A DNA stretch of 64,000 bases, taken from an uncultured delta proteobacterium. Lineage in GTDB: Bacteria > Bdellovibrionota_C > UBA2361 > OMII01. Where the stretch lies: NCBI GenBank assembly GCA_903920005.1, contig CAIXKI010000158.1:6134-70133 (forward strand), written 5' to 3'. Below the pieces are notes generated by a model. It did not search any database. It had not been told where the DNA came from and worked only from the letters and a program-made list of their open reading frames with translations. Both the position numbers and the translations under genes were made by a program. Below, in pieces: positions 9,535 through 18,803 of the stretch (its first letter is position 1; every line of letters begins with the position of its first letter).

Positions 9535-11337
9535 CTACATCGCAACCTTCATCGTTGCCTGAGTACCAGCATACTCCTTCCACATTGTGGCGAATCTGCC
9601 GTTCTCGGTAAGAAGCCCTGCCAACGCTCCTCGTTCCACCACCCGCCCTTTCTCCATAACGATTATCTCGTCAAAGAGGGGCAGGAGATTGAACTTATGC
9701 GTTGTTGCAATCACCACCTCTCGCGAGAAGTGTCGTAACAACGCCTCGTAGATCCTCCTCTCCTTCACGACATCAACACCACTGGTCGATTCGTCAAGAA
9801 GAACGATCTCCGACTCGCCGTCAAAGGCAAAGAAGACTCCGCGAGCAAGAGCAAGACGTTGCTTCTCACCCCCACTCAATGAGACCCCTTTCTCCGCGAT
9901 GTTTGTCTCGAGACCTTTTGGCAATCTAGCCAAAACGTCTGCGAAACCAGCCATCTCAATCGCGGCCATGACCTTCTCCCTGGGTGCCTCAATGCCCATG
10001 GTAACGTTCTTCAGGATCGTGTCGGCAAAAACCTCCGGATCTTGAGGAACGAGTGTCGTTCCATGAGCCACGGCGATAAGCCCAGACTCGATTACAGCGC
10101 CATCACACACTACGGACCCAACCGTAGCCGGATTGAGCCCTCGAAGTAGCGAAAGAAGGGTAGACTTGCCGCTACCACTACTTCCAACCACCGCGTAGCT
10201 TCTTCCGCGACGAATGGTCAGATCGACTCCAAAGACACCCGCAGCCTGGTCAGAGTCACCGGCGTGACTAAAGGTTATTCCTGTTAGTTGAAGCTCGCTC
10301 CAACCAGCGGGAAGATTTTCCGAATACGTGCGCCCAACGAGCTCATCGTAATCACCCTCAATCTTCTCGACGGCCCGAAGTCTTGTAGCCTTAACCACGA
10401 GGTCTCCCCATCGCCACGTAAGCTCAAAAAACGAGTTACCTATTGAGGTCAGATACTCGTTAAGGGCAAACAAGATACCAAGCTCTATCTTCTTACCTGA
10501 CCGCATCGTGCCATACACGAAAGCAAATAGGGTAAGCGCCCGAGCAACATCCACGAGAAAGTTCGCTGTGAACCACTTCGCCTCCTGAAGGACACTCACT
10601 CTCTCGGTGATTGGCCTCAATCTCTGCTGTTGGCTCGCAACCTCCTCAACCACTCGGTCCTCGAGCCTTAGGCTGACAACCGTTCGGATGTTTGTAAGGT
10701 AATCCTGAACCTTGGACGCTACCTTATTAAGCACCTTGTTTCCCTCTTCGTAGAGCGGAACAAGGTGCCGGTCAAAGACCATAACAACAACCACGACCAA
10801 CCCCGCGTTCACGACGATGATCGCTCCTGCTTTAGGCATAAAAACAGACATCATCACGACCGCACCAATAAACCGCGCGAAGATCTGAAGAACCAAGGTT
10901 GCCGTGTCCGTAAAGTCAGCGAGCGCTGACGCGGCTCTCGAAACCTGGTCTATCGTTTCACCGCTGTGGTGACCTTGATGCCAACTCAGTGGTAGACGGG
11001 TCGTTTTTGCAAGAAGGTCTAACTGGATATTCCTTCTCACCGTAAACGCCGAGATCATCTCCGTGACCCTTCCGGGCCCATGAAATAGCCATCCAACGAT
11101 TCCCAAACCAACGGTGAGCACAAGCAACATCGCGCACCTAGAAACATCGCCCGATTCAGCCGCATCCTGCGCGGCCTGAATAAACCTAGCCAAAACAAGA
11201 GGGATGGACAGCCAAGCGGCCATCGCCCCCACCGACATCACCATTGAGGCGAGGATCGCTGTTCTTCTACCCTTACCGAATGCCCACATACGACCAGCAA
11301 GGTAGCAGATGGGATTTGTTTTCAACTTCTCAAACAT
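9535..11337 (-). CDS. ABC exporter, fused permease + ATPase
   Basis: N-terminal TM helices, Walker A GSSGSGKST, Q-loop VPQDP, signature LSGGE, Walker B LLDE and H-loop TTHK. GAGGAGG RBS. Confidence 0.92.
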   Translation of the reverse strand: MFEKLKTNPICYLAGRMWAFGKGRRTAILASMVMSVGAMAAWLSIPLVLARFIQAAQDAAESGDVSRCAMLLVLTVGLGIVGWLFHGPGRVTEMISAFTVRRNIQLDLLAKTTRLPLSWHQGHHSGETIDQVSRAASALADFTDTATLVLQIFARFIGAVVMMSVFMPKAGAIIVVNAGLVVVVVMVFDRHLVPLYEEGNKVLNKVASKVQDYLTNIRTVVSLRLEDRVVEEVASQQQRLRPITERVSVLQEAKWFTANFLVDVARALTLFAFVYGTMRSGKKIELGILFALNEYLTSIGNSFFELTWRWGDLVVKATRLRAVEKIEGDYDELVGRTYSENLPAGWSELQLTGITFSHAGDSDQAAGVFGVDLTIRRGRSYAVVGSSGSGKSTLLSLLRGLNPATVGSVVCDGAVIESGLIAVAHGTTLVPQDPEVFADTILKNVTMGIEAPREKVMAAIEMAGFADVLARLPKGLETNIAEKGVSLSGGEKQRLALARGVFFAFDGESEIVLLDESTSGVDVVKERRIYEALLRHFSREVVIATTHKFNLLPLFDEIIVMEKGRVVERGALAGLLTENGRFATMWKEYAGTQATMKVAM

Positions 11338-11795
11338 TGCAAACCTCCTCTAAAAAGAACCGCGCATGTCAAACCGAAGAAACACGAATACCGTTCCGGC
11401 GACGTACCGGTTTACGGACTCGAATTAACGACCCCCGGCAAATCGGAAATTTGCGTGGGTCATTGCAACGCTGGGGGAGAACTCAAGAAACGTGATGTGC
11501 AACCGTCGAACGACCTGTTCGGGTTATCCACCTTTTTTTGTTTTTCGAAACTTTTCACCAGCTCTAGGACAGGCTGGCGTCTTCAAGGCCAACCTACCGA
11601 TTCTGAGATCGTCGCACGCCAAGCTGTAATCGCCCGTCCTGCGCTTCTCTGATGTATGTTGCCTTAAAGTTACTCATGCATAGCACCTCTACGATGTATG
11701 CCTTTACGTTAAAGCAAGGAGATTCCTTAGTCAAAAACAAACCGGTGCTAGGATTCAGAAAAGATTGCACGTCGTCCTCTCATGGTATCTACGAC

Positions 11796-13271
11796 CTATC
11801 TTCCAAATCGGGCGATAAGCTGCTGCTCAAGCGCTGAAGGAAGTCCTCCAAAAGATCCATTCGACATGACTACGATAAGATCGTTCGTCCCGACTTCTTT
11901 GAGCAGAAACCCCTCAATTGCTTTTGCGTCTTGAAGTGTATGCGCTACCACGCCGGTCTTGGAGATCTCCGTGGCGAGCGAGCCCACATCCATCAACTCT
12001 TGGTTCGCGTCGATCGAGCGTGACTCGACATTACACAACACCGCATAATCAGCGCTCTGAAACGCATTGACGTATGCTTCTTGGAACACTTTACGACGAC
12101 TCGTATTCGACCGAGGCTCAAACACACCCCAAATCTTTTTCGACGGAAAGGCCTCTCGAAGTCCACTCAACGTCTCGTGTACGGCTGTCGGGTGGTGGGC
12201 GAAATCTTCGATGAGGGTGACGCCTCCCTTATCGAATCGCACTTCCTGCCTCCGCTTCACGGATTTAAAGGAAGCCACGGCGAGGACAGCGTCTTCGCGG
12301 GAGAACCCCGCCCGAAGCATGATAAGAAGTGTCACGAGAGCGTTCTTAGCGTTGTATACCCCGGACTGAGGTAGCGAGAATTCAAGTGTGCCGATCTCTT
12401 TGCCGACCACCGTAACAAACTGGGTAAGCCCCTCCTGCCGACGAGACTTTATATAAACATCAGCTTCTGTGGTGCACCCAAAGGTAATTATCGGGGCTTT
12501 GATTGAATCACGCATCTCCTCTACAAGGGTTTGGACGTGAACGTAATCGACGCAACAGAGCGCGACACCTGAGGCGGGGAGCCCGTGTAAGAGCTCACGA
12601 AACTCCTTAACGATACTCTCTACGTTCGGATAGATATCAGCATGGTCGTATTCAATGGCGTTAATAACGCAGGTATCGGGCTTGTAAAATGAGAACTTCG
12701 GCACCTTTGCGAAGAAGGCGCTATCGTACTCATCACCCTCAACGACGCTCCACTTGCCCTCGCCTCTGTGGAGGCTCATCGGTAAGTCCTGCGCGATTCC
12801 TCCGACGAAGTAACTCGGGTCCGCGCCAAGTTTTAAAAAAGCTGAGGCGATCATCGCCGTTGTTGTTGATTTTCCGTGCGTACCCGTAACTACAATAGAG
12901 TGTTTTCCAGAGATTATTAATTCGTGAAGCACCTGCGGAAAACATGTGTATGAAAGCTGCCGCTGCTCAACGGCGAGAACCTCAACATTCTCGTAACTAA
13001 CCGCGTTTCCGATAATTACGAGGTCTACCACGGGTGGTATATTCTCAGCGCTGTAGCCTTTAAAAAGCGTCACCGAGGAGTTCCTTAAATAGCTCCCCAT
13101 CGGTTCGTAGAAATCTTTATCACTCCCGGAAACGAGATAGCCCTGTTTCGAGAGCTCCACCGCAAGCTGAGCCATCGCCACACCAGCTACACCGATCACG
13201 TGAATACGTCCGCCTTTGGGAACCGACCTAAGCGATACGGCGTTAGAGATTGAGAAGTCACTTTTTACCAT
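11796..13271 (-). CDS. mpl: UDP-N-acetylmuramate:L-alanyl-gamma-D-glutamyl-mDAP ligase (Mpl/MurC family)
   Basis: IHVIGVAGVAM, GTHGKSTTT, EGDEYDSAFFAKVPKF, DFAHHPT, FEPRSNT and MSNGSFGG, which are Mpl-type motifs. Confidence 0.85.
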   Translation of the reverse strand: MVKSDFSISNAVSLRSVPKGGRIHVIGVAGVAMAQLAVELSKQGYLVSGSDKDFYEPMGSYLRNSSVTLFKGYSAENIPPVVDLVIIGNAVSYENVEVLAVEQRQLSYTCFPQVLHELIISGKHSIVVTGTHGKSTTTAMIASAFLKLGADPSYFVGGIAQDLPMSLHRGEGKWSVVEGDEYDSAFFAKVPKFSFYKPDTCVINAIEYDHADIYPNVESIVKEFRELLHGLPASGVALCCVDYVHVQTLVEEMRDSIKAPIITFGCTTEADVYIKSRRQEGLTQFVTVVGKEIGTLEFSLPQSGVYNAKNALVTLLIMLRAGFSREDAVLAVASFKSVKRRQEVRFDKGGVTLIEDFAHHPTAVHETLSGLREAFPSKKIWGVFEPRSNTSRRKVFQEAYVNAFQSADYAVLCNVESRSIDANQELMDVGSLATEISKTGVVAHTLQDAKAIEGFLLKEVGTNDLIVVMSNGSFGGLPSALEQQLIARFGR

Positions 13272-13318
13272 AGCTATCTCGACACACGTCCAACTTGGCT
13301 GTCGGCCCTATATGTATG

Positions 13319-14833
13319 CTACTGAAGCACCTTAAGGAGCTTCTTCTTCCACTCACGCGGCCCAACTTCGTGAACGGAGACGCCGTGCGCATCAACCGCC
13401 ACCGTCACGGGCATATCCTTGACCTCGAACTCGTAGATGGCTTCCATGCCAAGATCCGCAAAGGCGACAACGCGGGAACCTGTTATCGCCTTCGATACAA
13501 GGTACGCCGCTCCACCGACGGCCATGAGGTACACGGCTTTGTATTTCTTGATTAGCTCAACTGTCTCGGGCCCTCGCTCTGCTTTGCCGATCATACCGAG
13601 CAGGCCCGTCTTAGAGAGCATGAGCTCCGTATATTTATCCATCCGCGTGGCGGTCGTAGGACCAGCGGGCCCTACAACTTCTGCGCCTACAGGATCTACA
13701 GGACCAACGTAGTAGATAAATCGATTATTAAAGTCGACTCCTTCAGGCAGCTTCTCACCCTTAGTAAGAATATCCGAGATACGTTTATGGGCGGCGTCTC
13801 TTCCCGTCAGTATTTTGCCCGACAGAAGCACCGTCTCTCCTGGCTTAAGCATTGAGATCTCCTCACGAGTAACTTTTGAGAGATCAAGTCGACGAGCTCC
13901 ACTTGAGATGTCGTACGCTATCGATGGCCACTCACTCAGCGCTGGCGGCGTCAGCTTTGCGGGTCCGGAACCATCAAGCTCGAAATGAATGTGCCGGGTA
14001 GCAGCACAATTCGGGATCATCGCTACCGGAAGAGATGCCGCGTGCGTTGGATACTCAAGCACCTTCACATCAAGCACGGTGGCAAGCCCACCCAAACCCT
14101 GAGCGCCGATTCCGAGCTGGTTTACCTTTTCAAATATCTCAAGGCGCAACTCCTCCGCGCGGGTCTTTGCCCCGCGAGCTTTCAATTCATGAATATCAAC
14201 TGGAGCCATCAGCGATTCTTTCGCGAGAACCATCGCTTTTTCGGCGGATCCACCGATGCCGATCCCTAATACTCCAGGTGGGCACCATCCAGCCCCCATG
14301 TGCGGCACGGTCTCAAGCACCCACTCCACGATGTCGTCATTCGGGTTGAGCATCTCAAGCTTCGCTTTATTTTCTGACCCTCCACCTTTTGCGGCCACAG
14401 AAACTTCAATCGTATCTCCCGCGACAAACTCTACATGCAAAATGCCCGGTGTATTATCGCGCGTGTTTTTTCTCTTTCCAGCGGGGTCACTTACGATTGA
14501 AGCACGTAGAGGATTGGTCTGATTCTGATAGGCCCTCCGAATCCCTTCATCAAACAGCTCTTGAAGGGGTCTCTTTGAATCGATTCGAGCCTCCGCCCCT
14601 ATCTTAACAAACCCAACTACGATTCCAGTATCTTGGCAGAGTGGCCGGTGTCCTTCAGCCGACATACGGGAGTTTATAAGGATCTGAGCGATCGCGTCTT
14701 TAGCGCTCTTTGAAGGCTCGGCGAGGTACGCCCTATGCATCGCCTGAATGAAATCGAGAGGATGGTAGTACGAGATAAATTGCAGTGCGTCAGCAACGCT
14801 AGAGATAAAGTCTTCTTCTTTGATGAGATTCAT
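13319..14833 (-). CDS. fumA: Class I (Fe-S) fumarate hydratase
   Basis: PLCQDTG, KGGGSEN, GWCPPG, PNCAATRH, GRDAAHKR and GPTTATRMD. Confidence 0.95.
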   Translation of the reverse strand: MNLIKEEDFISSVADALQFISYYHPLDFIQAMHRAYLAEPSKSAKDAIAQILINSRMSAEGHRPLCQDTGIVVGFVKIGAEARIDSKRPLQELFDEGIRRAYQNQTNPLRASIVSDPAGKRKNTRDNTPGILHVEFVAGDTIEVSVAAKGGGSENKAKLEMLNPNDDIVEWVLETVPHMGAGWCPPGVLGIGIGGSAEKAMVLAKESLMAPVDIHELKARGAKTRAEELRLEIFEKVNQLGIGAQGLGGLATVLDVKVLEYPTHAASLPVAMIPNCAATRHIHFELDGSGPAKLTPPALSEWPSIAYDISSGARRLDLSKVTREEISMLKPGETVLLSGKILTGRDAAHKRISDILTKGEKLPEGVDFNNRFIYYVGPVDPVGAEVVGPAGPTTATRMDKYTELMLSKTGLLGMIGKAERGPETVELIKKYKAVYLMAVGGAAYLVSKAITGSRVVAFADLGMEAIYEFEVKDMPVTVAVDAHGVSVHEVGPREWKKKLLKVLQ

Positions 14834-15504
14834 AAAGGTCCTTGCTGGGAGCGCGCCCTGAAGAGGGCATATTCGCTAACGTGCATGTACGCTCACAGTA
14901 TATCCTAGGGTTGAGCTTCGCCGCACCACTTCATAGCCCTATCTCTGGGTGAATAAATCGGACTAATCGTCCCCTAGCATCTATCATGAGTTACTCCGGA
15001 TGTTGGCGAGAGATGATGTTACTCTTGGAGCGTACATGCGATTCTTCCACTCTATACATGTGCGCCTGTCTTCGAAGACTCAGTCGCTCTGAACATCGAG
15101 ATCGCCCCTCAATAAAAGGTATTGTTTTCAGCATATTAGCCGCCCCTTCGGGCGCAATCTTCTCGTTCATACGCAAGAACACACCGAGGAACGGCCACAG
15201 GTCGCAAGACTTCGAGAGAGCGTCCGTTTGTAAGTTGTCGGAGCTCGAAGGCGCCTAGAAGAGTGGCACCCTAACCGGACTCTGGAAATATTCCAATGCG
15301 TCCCTTCGGCGAGTGTCCTACGCCGCGTTCTTTCTATCTTTTTACAGTGATTTTTCCCTTCTCAACCTTGATGTCACAAAACTCTTATCAGGCTGCGCGG
15401 CGAAACCTTGTCAAAGCGCTCTGTGCGAGCGAGGCTGAGATCGCTCATTGACCCTGAGCGAAGTTATCTTTGCCTCACTATCCTCCCTACGCTATCTTCG
15501 CCCC

Positions 15505-15999
15505 ATGAACACCCTCATCGGAATCGTCTCTGATACCCACGAAGATGTGCGAATGATCACGAAGGCCGTGGCGCTCTTTAAAGCCCGCGCTCCTGCCATG
15601 GTTATTCACTGCGGCGACATCATCTCTCCCCCTGTTCTGGAACGCTTTACAGGCCTCCCGCTTCGTCTCGTATTCGGCAATAACGATGGTGAGCGATCGG
15701 GCCTCAAAAAGAAGTGCCGCGAGCTCGGCTTTGCGGAGATAGACGACACTTTAACGTTTGAGTTTGCGGGAAAGAAATTCTTTGTAAACCACGGAACGAG
15801 CGCAAGGGTCGTCGAAGAAGCGGCGGCCTCCCAAGAGTATGATTACGTGCTGCACGGCCACACCCACGAGATGAGAAACGAAAGTGTTGGCCGAACGCGA
15901 ATTATCAACCCCGGAGCTCTGTTCTCAGCGGAAAGTTATTCGATAGCGTTCCTTGCCCCTGAAACCGGCGAGGTCGAGTTTGTGGAGATCCCCGGGTAG
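15505..15999 (+). CDS. Metallophosphoesterase (YfcE/MJ0936 family)
   Basis: SDTH, HCGD, GNND, HG, GHTH and INPG motifs. Start at ATG 15505. Confidence 0.9.
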   Translation: MNTLIGIVSDTHEDVRMITKAVALFKARAPAMVIHCGDIISPPVLERFTGLPLRLVFGNNDGERSGLKKKCRELGFAEIDDTLTFEFAGKKFFVNHGTSARVVEEAAASQEYDYVLHGHTHEMRNESVGRTRIINPGALFSAESYSIAFLAPETGEVEFVEIPG

Positions 16000-16008
16000 A
16001 AACGCAAA

Positions 16009-16042
16009 TCGGCGGTAGATCCTTCGCTGGACCTACCGCCGA
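16009..16042. terminator. Hairpin between the convergent phosphoesterase and cox operon
   Basis: TCGGCGGTAG-ATCC-TTCGCT-GGAC-CTACCGCCGA stem-loop. It has no long U tract. Confidence 0.6.
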
Positions 16043-16071
16043 CAGAGAGACTCCGCTCTCCTTGTGACCTA

Positions 16072-16455
16072 TTAGTGGTGTGCGCTCTTTACTGCCTGCG
16101 GAGCAGCAACCTTCGCCTGCTCAGCGCCGAACGGTAGCGGACGATCACGGAAGGGATCGTCCGTGAAGATTCCGCCAATCATTATCGCCAGGAGGATGAA
16201 GGGGATAAGGATATAAACCCAAAGGATCTTGTTCTCATACATTCCATGCATGAACACGAGAATAACAAGGGTCGCCTTTACGGACGCGATAACAAGCGCT
16301 CCGACGATGTTCCACTTGCCCAAATCAACCTGAGCAGCGGCTACCGTGATTACCGTCAACACGAGGAGCGCTACGAGGATCTTAGCGAAAGTCTTTTCGG
16401 AGACGACGTGCCCAACTTCATCGTGACCGTGCGAATGAGAGTGTGAATGTGACAT
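16072..16455 (-). CDS. coxD: Cytochrome c oxidase subunit IV family protein
   Basis: LLVLTVITV...IASVKATLVILVFMHG pattern, His-rich N-terminus, last gene of the cox operon. Confidence 0.85.
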   Translation of the reverse strand: MSHSHSHSHGHDEVGHVVSEKTFAKILVALLVLTVITVAAAQVDLGKWNIVGALVIASVKATLVILVFMHGMYENKILWVYILIPFILLAIMIGGIFTDDPFRDRPLPFGAEQAKVAAPQAVKSAHH

Positions 16456-16472
16456 GACCTAAAGCTCCGAAA

Positions 16473-17129
16473 CTATCCAACCAGATAAAGAAGTGGGAAG
16501 AGGTAGATCCAGATGAGATCCACCAAGTGCCAATAAAGCGCTCCAAGCTCAACCGGAGTAAAATACTTTCCGGAGAAGCGGTTGTTCATAGCCGGACGAA
16601 TTCCGTACCAGTACATCACGAACATCCCGATGATGACGTGAAGGGCATGGAGTGCGGTCATGCAGAAGTAAAGACCGAGGAAGTTCTTGTACTCGTAGAA
16701 GTTAGAGTTCCACACGAAAGGGAACATGCCGTGGTGAGCCTTATCCGTGTACTCAGCCGTCTTCACTACAAGGAACAAAAGGCCACAGATCAGACTGATG
16801 CCAAAGTTTCTTACAACACCCTTATTGTCTCCCTTCTGAGCTTTGGTCACCGCAACGGCAGCCGTGTAGCTTGAAAAAAGAAGTATCACCGTGTTGAGAG
16901 CTCCAGCCTTTACATTAAGGTGATGGCTCGCCGCATGAAACTCCGCGAGGTGGTAGTAACGCATGACAGCAAAGCTACAAAACATCACCGCAAAGAGCAG
17001 TATTTCGGTTGCGAGGAACAACCACATGCCGAGCTTGGCTGCTCCGTACGCCGTGACGCTATCCATGTGGTGGATATGTGGCGGCTCTCCTGGCGGCACG
17101 TTGTGATCAACTATCGCTGCGTTACTCAT
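16473..17129 (-). CDS. coxC: Cytochrome c oxidase subunit III
   Basis: GMWLFLATEILLF, NTVILLFSS, MTALHALHVIIG and YWHLVDLIWIYLFPLLY. Confidence 0.93.
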   Translation of the reverse strand: MSNAAIVDHNVPPGEPPHIHHMDSVTAYGAAKLGMWLFLATEILLFAVMFCSFAVMRYYHLAEFHAASHHLNVKAGALNTVILLFSSYTAAVAVTKAQKGDNKGVVRNFGISLICGLLFLVVKTAEYTDKAHHGMFPFVWNSNFYEYKNFLGLYFCMTALHALHVIIGMFVMYWYGIRPAMNNRFSGKYFTPVELGALYWHLVDLIWIYLFPLLYLVG

Positions 17130-17162
17130 AACATCCTTGTCGATTAAACAACCTTTAACTAA

Positions 17163-18791
17163 TTAATGCCCACCGCCAGGGACCGGCGTACCGTAATTGT
17201 ACGGATCCTCTGTCACCACTGGAATCTCATCAAAATTCTCGTGGATAGGTGGCGAAGCAGTCTGCCACTCAAGGCTCTTTGAGTTATACGGATTGCGAGG
17301 CGCCTTGACCTTACCCCAGAGGGCAGTGCCCAAGAGATTCAAGAGCGCGAACGTATAGCCGAAGCCGTTCAGGTACGCACCAATCGTTGAGATCGTGTGA
17401 AGCGTCTGATACTGCGGTGGATAATCGTAGTAACGCCGAGGCATACCATCCATTCCAAGAACGAACTGCGGAATGAAGGTAAGATTGAATCCGATGAAGA
17501 GCGCAGCAAACGCGCACTTCGATACGGTCTCGTTGTACATCTTGCCGGTCATCTTCGGGAACCACATGTGAAGCGCAGCAATCAGACCGATTACCGCTCC
17601 TCCCTGAATGGTGTAGTGGAAGTGCGCAACCACGAAATATGTATCGTGGTAGTACACGTCAACGCCGAGCATCGCGAGGTAGATTCCCGTGGTGCCCGCG
17701 ACCATGAAGAGGAAGACAAACGCCATCGCGTACAACATCGGGGTCTTAAACGAGATGGAGCCCTTGTACATCGTGCTCACCCAGTTAAACACCTTAATAG
17801 CTGTGGGGACCGCCACAAGGAACGTAATGATCGAGAAGAACTTCGCGGAGAAGTCCGAGATTCCCGCTACGAACATATGATGGGCCCAAACGATGAAGCC
17901 TACCGCCGCGATAGCCATCGACGAGAGAACTACAAGCTTGTATCCGAACAGCGGCTTACGAGAGAACACCGGGATAATCTCTCCAACAACTCCGAACGCT
18001 GGTAGTACCATGATGTACACCACCGGGTGAGAGTAGAACCAGAAAAGGTGCTCCATGAGCACGGGATCTCCTCCCTTTGTTGGATCAAAGATTCCGGCGC
18101 CGAAGGTCCGCTCAGCGATAACCAACAGCAGTGTCATTCCCACCACAGGCGTGGCGACTGTTTGAATAACCGCTGTTGCGTAAGAAGCCCAGATGAACAC
18201 CGGTAACCGCATCCAGGTCAGTCCCGGAGCGCGTAGCTGGTGAATCGTCACGATAAAGTTCAATCCAGTAAGGATAGAGGAGAAGCCGAGAATAAACGCG
18301 GCGAAAACCATCGTGCTTACAGACGTATTTGTGGTCGTACTGTATGGAGCATAGAAGGTCCATCCCGTATCAACTGGATCGAGCATCGCATACGCTCCGA
18401 TAAGAGCGCCGAATACGTAAAGGTACCAGCTGAAGAGGTTAAGACGAGGGAACGCTACATCCTTGGCTCCGATCATGAGCGGGATGAGGAAGTTTCCAAG
18501 CGTCGCCGGGATGCCTGGTACCACAAAAAGGAAGATCATGAACACACCGTGCATCGTAAAGAGCACGTTGTACGTATGAGGATCCTTAATAATCGTTGGT
18601 CCCGCGAACATCAACTCCGTTCGCATAAGGAGCGCCGCAATACCTCCTCCAATGAAGAAAATCATGATGGAGAAAAGGTAAAGGAAGCAAATTCGCTTAT
18701 GGTCGGTGGAACTTAACCACGACCAAATACCGGTCTTCCAGTTGAGGTAGTTAACCTCTTCGTTTACTGCTGTTGATGCGTGAGCTGACAT
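17163..18791 (-). CDS. coxA: Cytochrome c oxidase subunit I (A2-type)
   Basis: TMHG, GWTFY, WFYSHPVVY (YS motif of the A2 family), WAHHMF and VVAHFHY. Confidence 0.96.
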   Translation of the reverse strand: MSAHASTAVNEEVNYLNWKTGIWSWLSSTDHKRICFLYLFSIMIFFIGGGIAALLMRTELMFAGPTIIKDPHTYNVLFTMHGVFMIFLFVVPGIPATLGNFLIPLMIGAKDVAFPRLNLFSWYLYVFGALIGAYAMLDPVDTGWTFYAPYSTTTNTSVSTMVFAAFILGFSSILTGLNFIVTIHQLRAPGLTWMRLPVFIWASYATAVIQTVATPVVGMTLLLVIAERTFGAGIFDPTKGGDPVLMEHLFWFYSHPVVYIMVLPAFGVVGEIIPVFSRKPLFGYKLVVLSSMAIAAVGFIVWAHHMFVAGISDFSAKFFSIITFLVAVPTAIKVFNWVSTMYKGSISFKTPMLYAMAFVFLFMVAGTTGIYLAMLGVDVYYHDTYFVVAHFHYTIQGGAVIGLIAALHMWFPKMTGKMYNETVSKCAFAALFIGFNLTFIPQFVLGMDGMPRRYYDYPPQYQTLHTISTIGAYLNGFGYTFALLNLLGTALWGKVKAPRNPYNSKSLEWQTASPPIHENFDEIPVVTEDPYNYGTPVPGGGH

Positions 18792-18803
18792 ACCTACTAC
18801 CTC

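Noticed and set aside
11430..11480. GGCAAA...GAAA resemblance to a c-di-GMP-I riboswitch
   Set aside because: It lacks the GACGCAAA junction and second stem, and lies on the strand opposite the downstream gene.
15381..15470. CTCTTATC...GAAACC resemblance to a SAM-I riboswitch
   Set aside because: The core elements (kink-turn/pseudoknot, GCAACC, GGTGC, closing GAT) are missing, and the downstream gene is unrelated to sulfur metabolism.
17397..18716. Long + strand ORFs (202 and 158 aa) opposite coxA
   Set aside because: They are antisense shadows of a conserved gene with biased codon usage.
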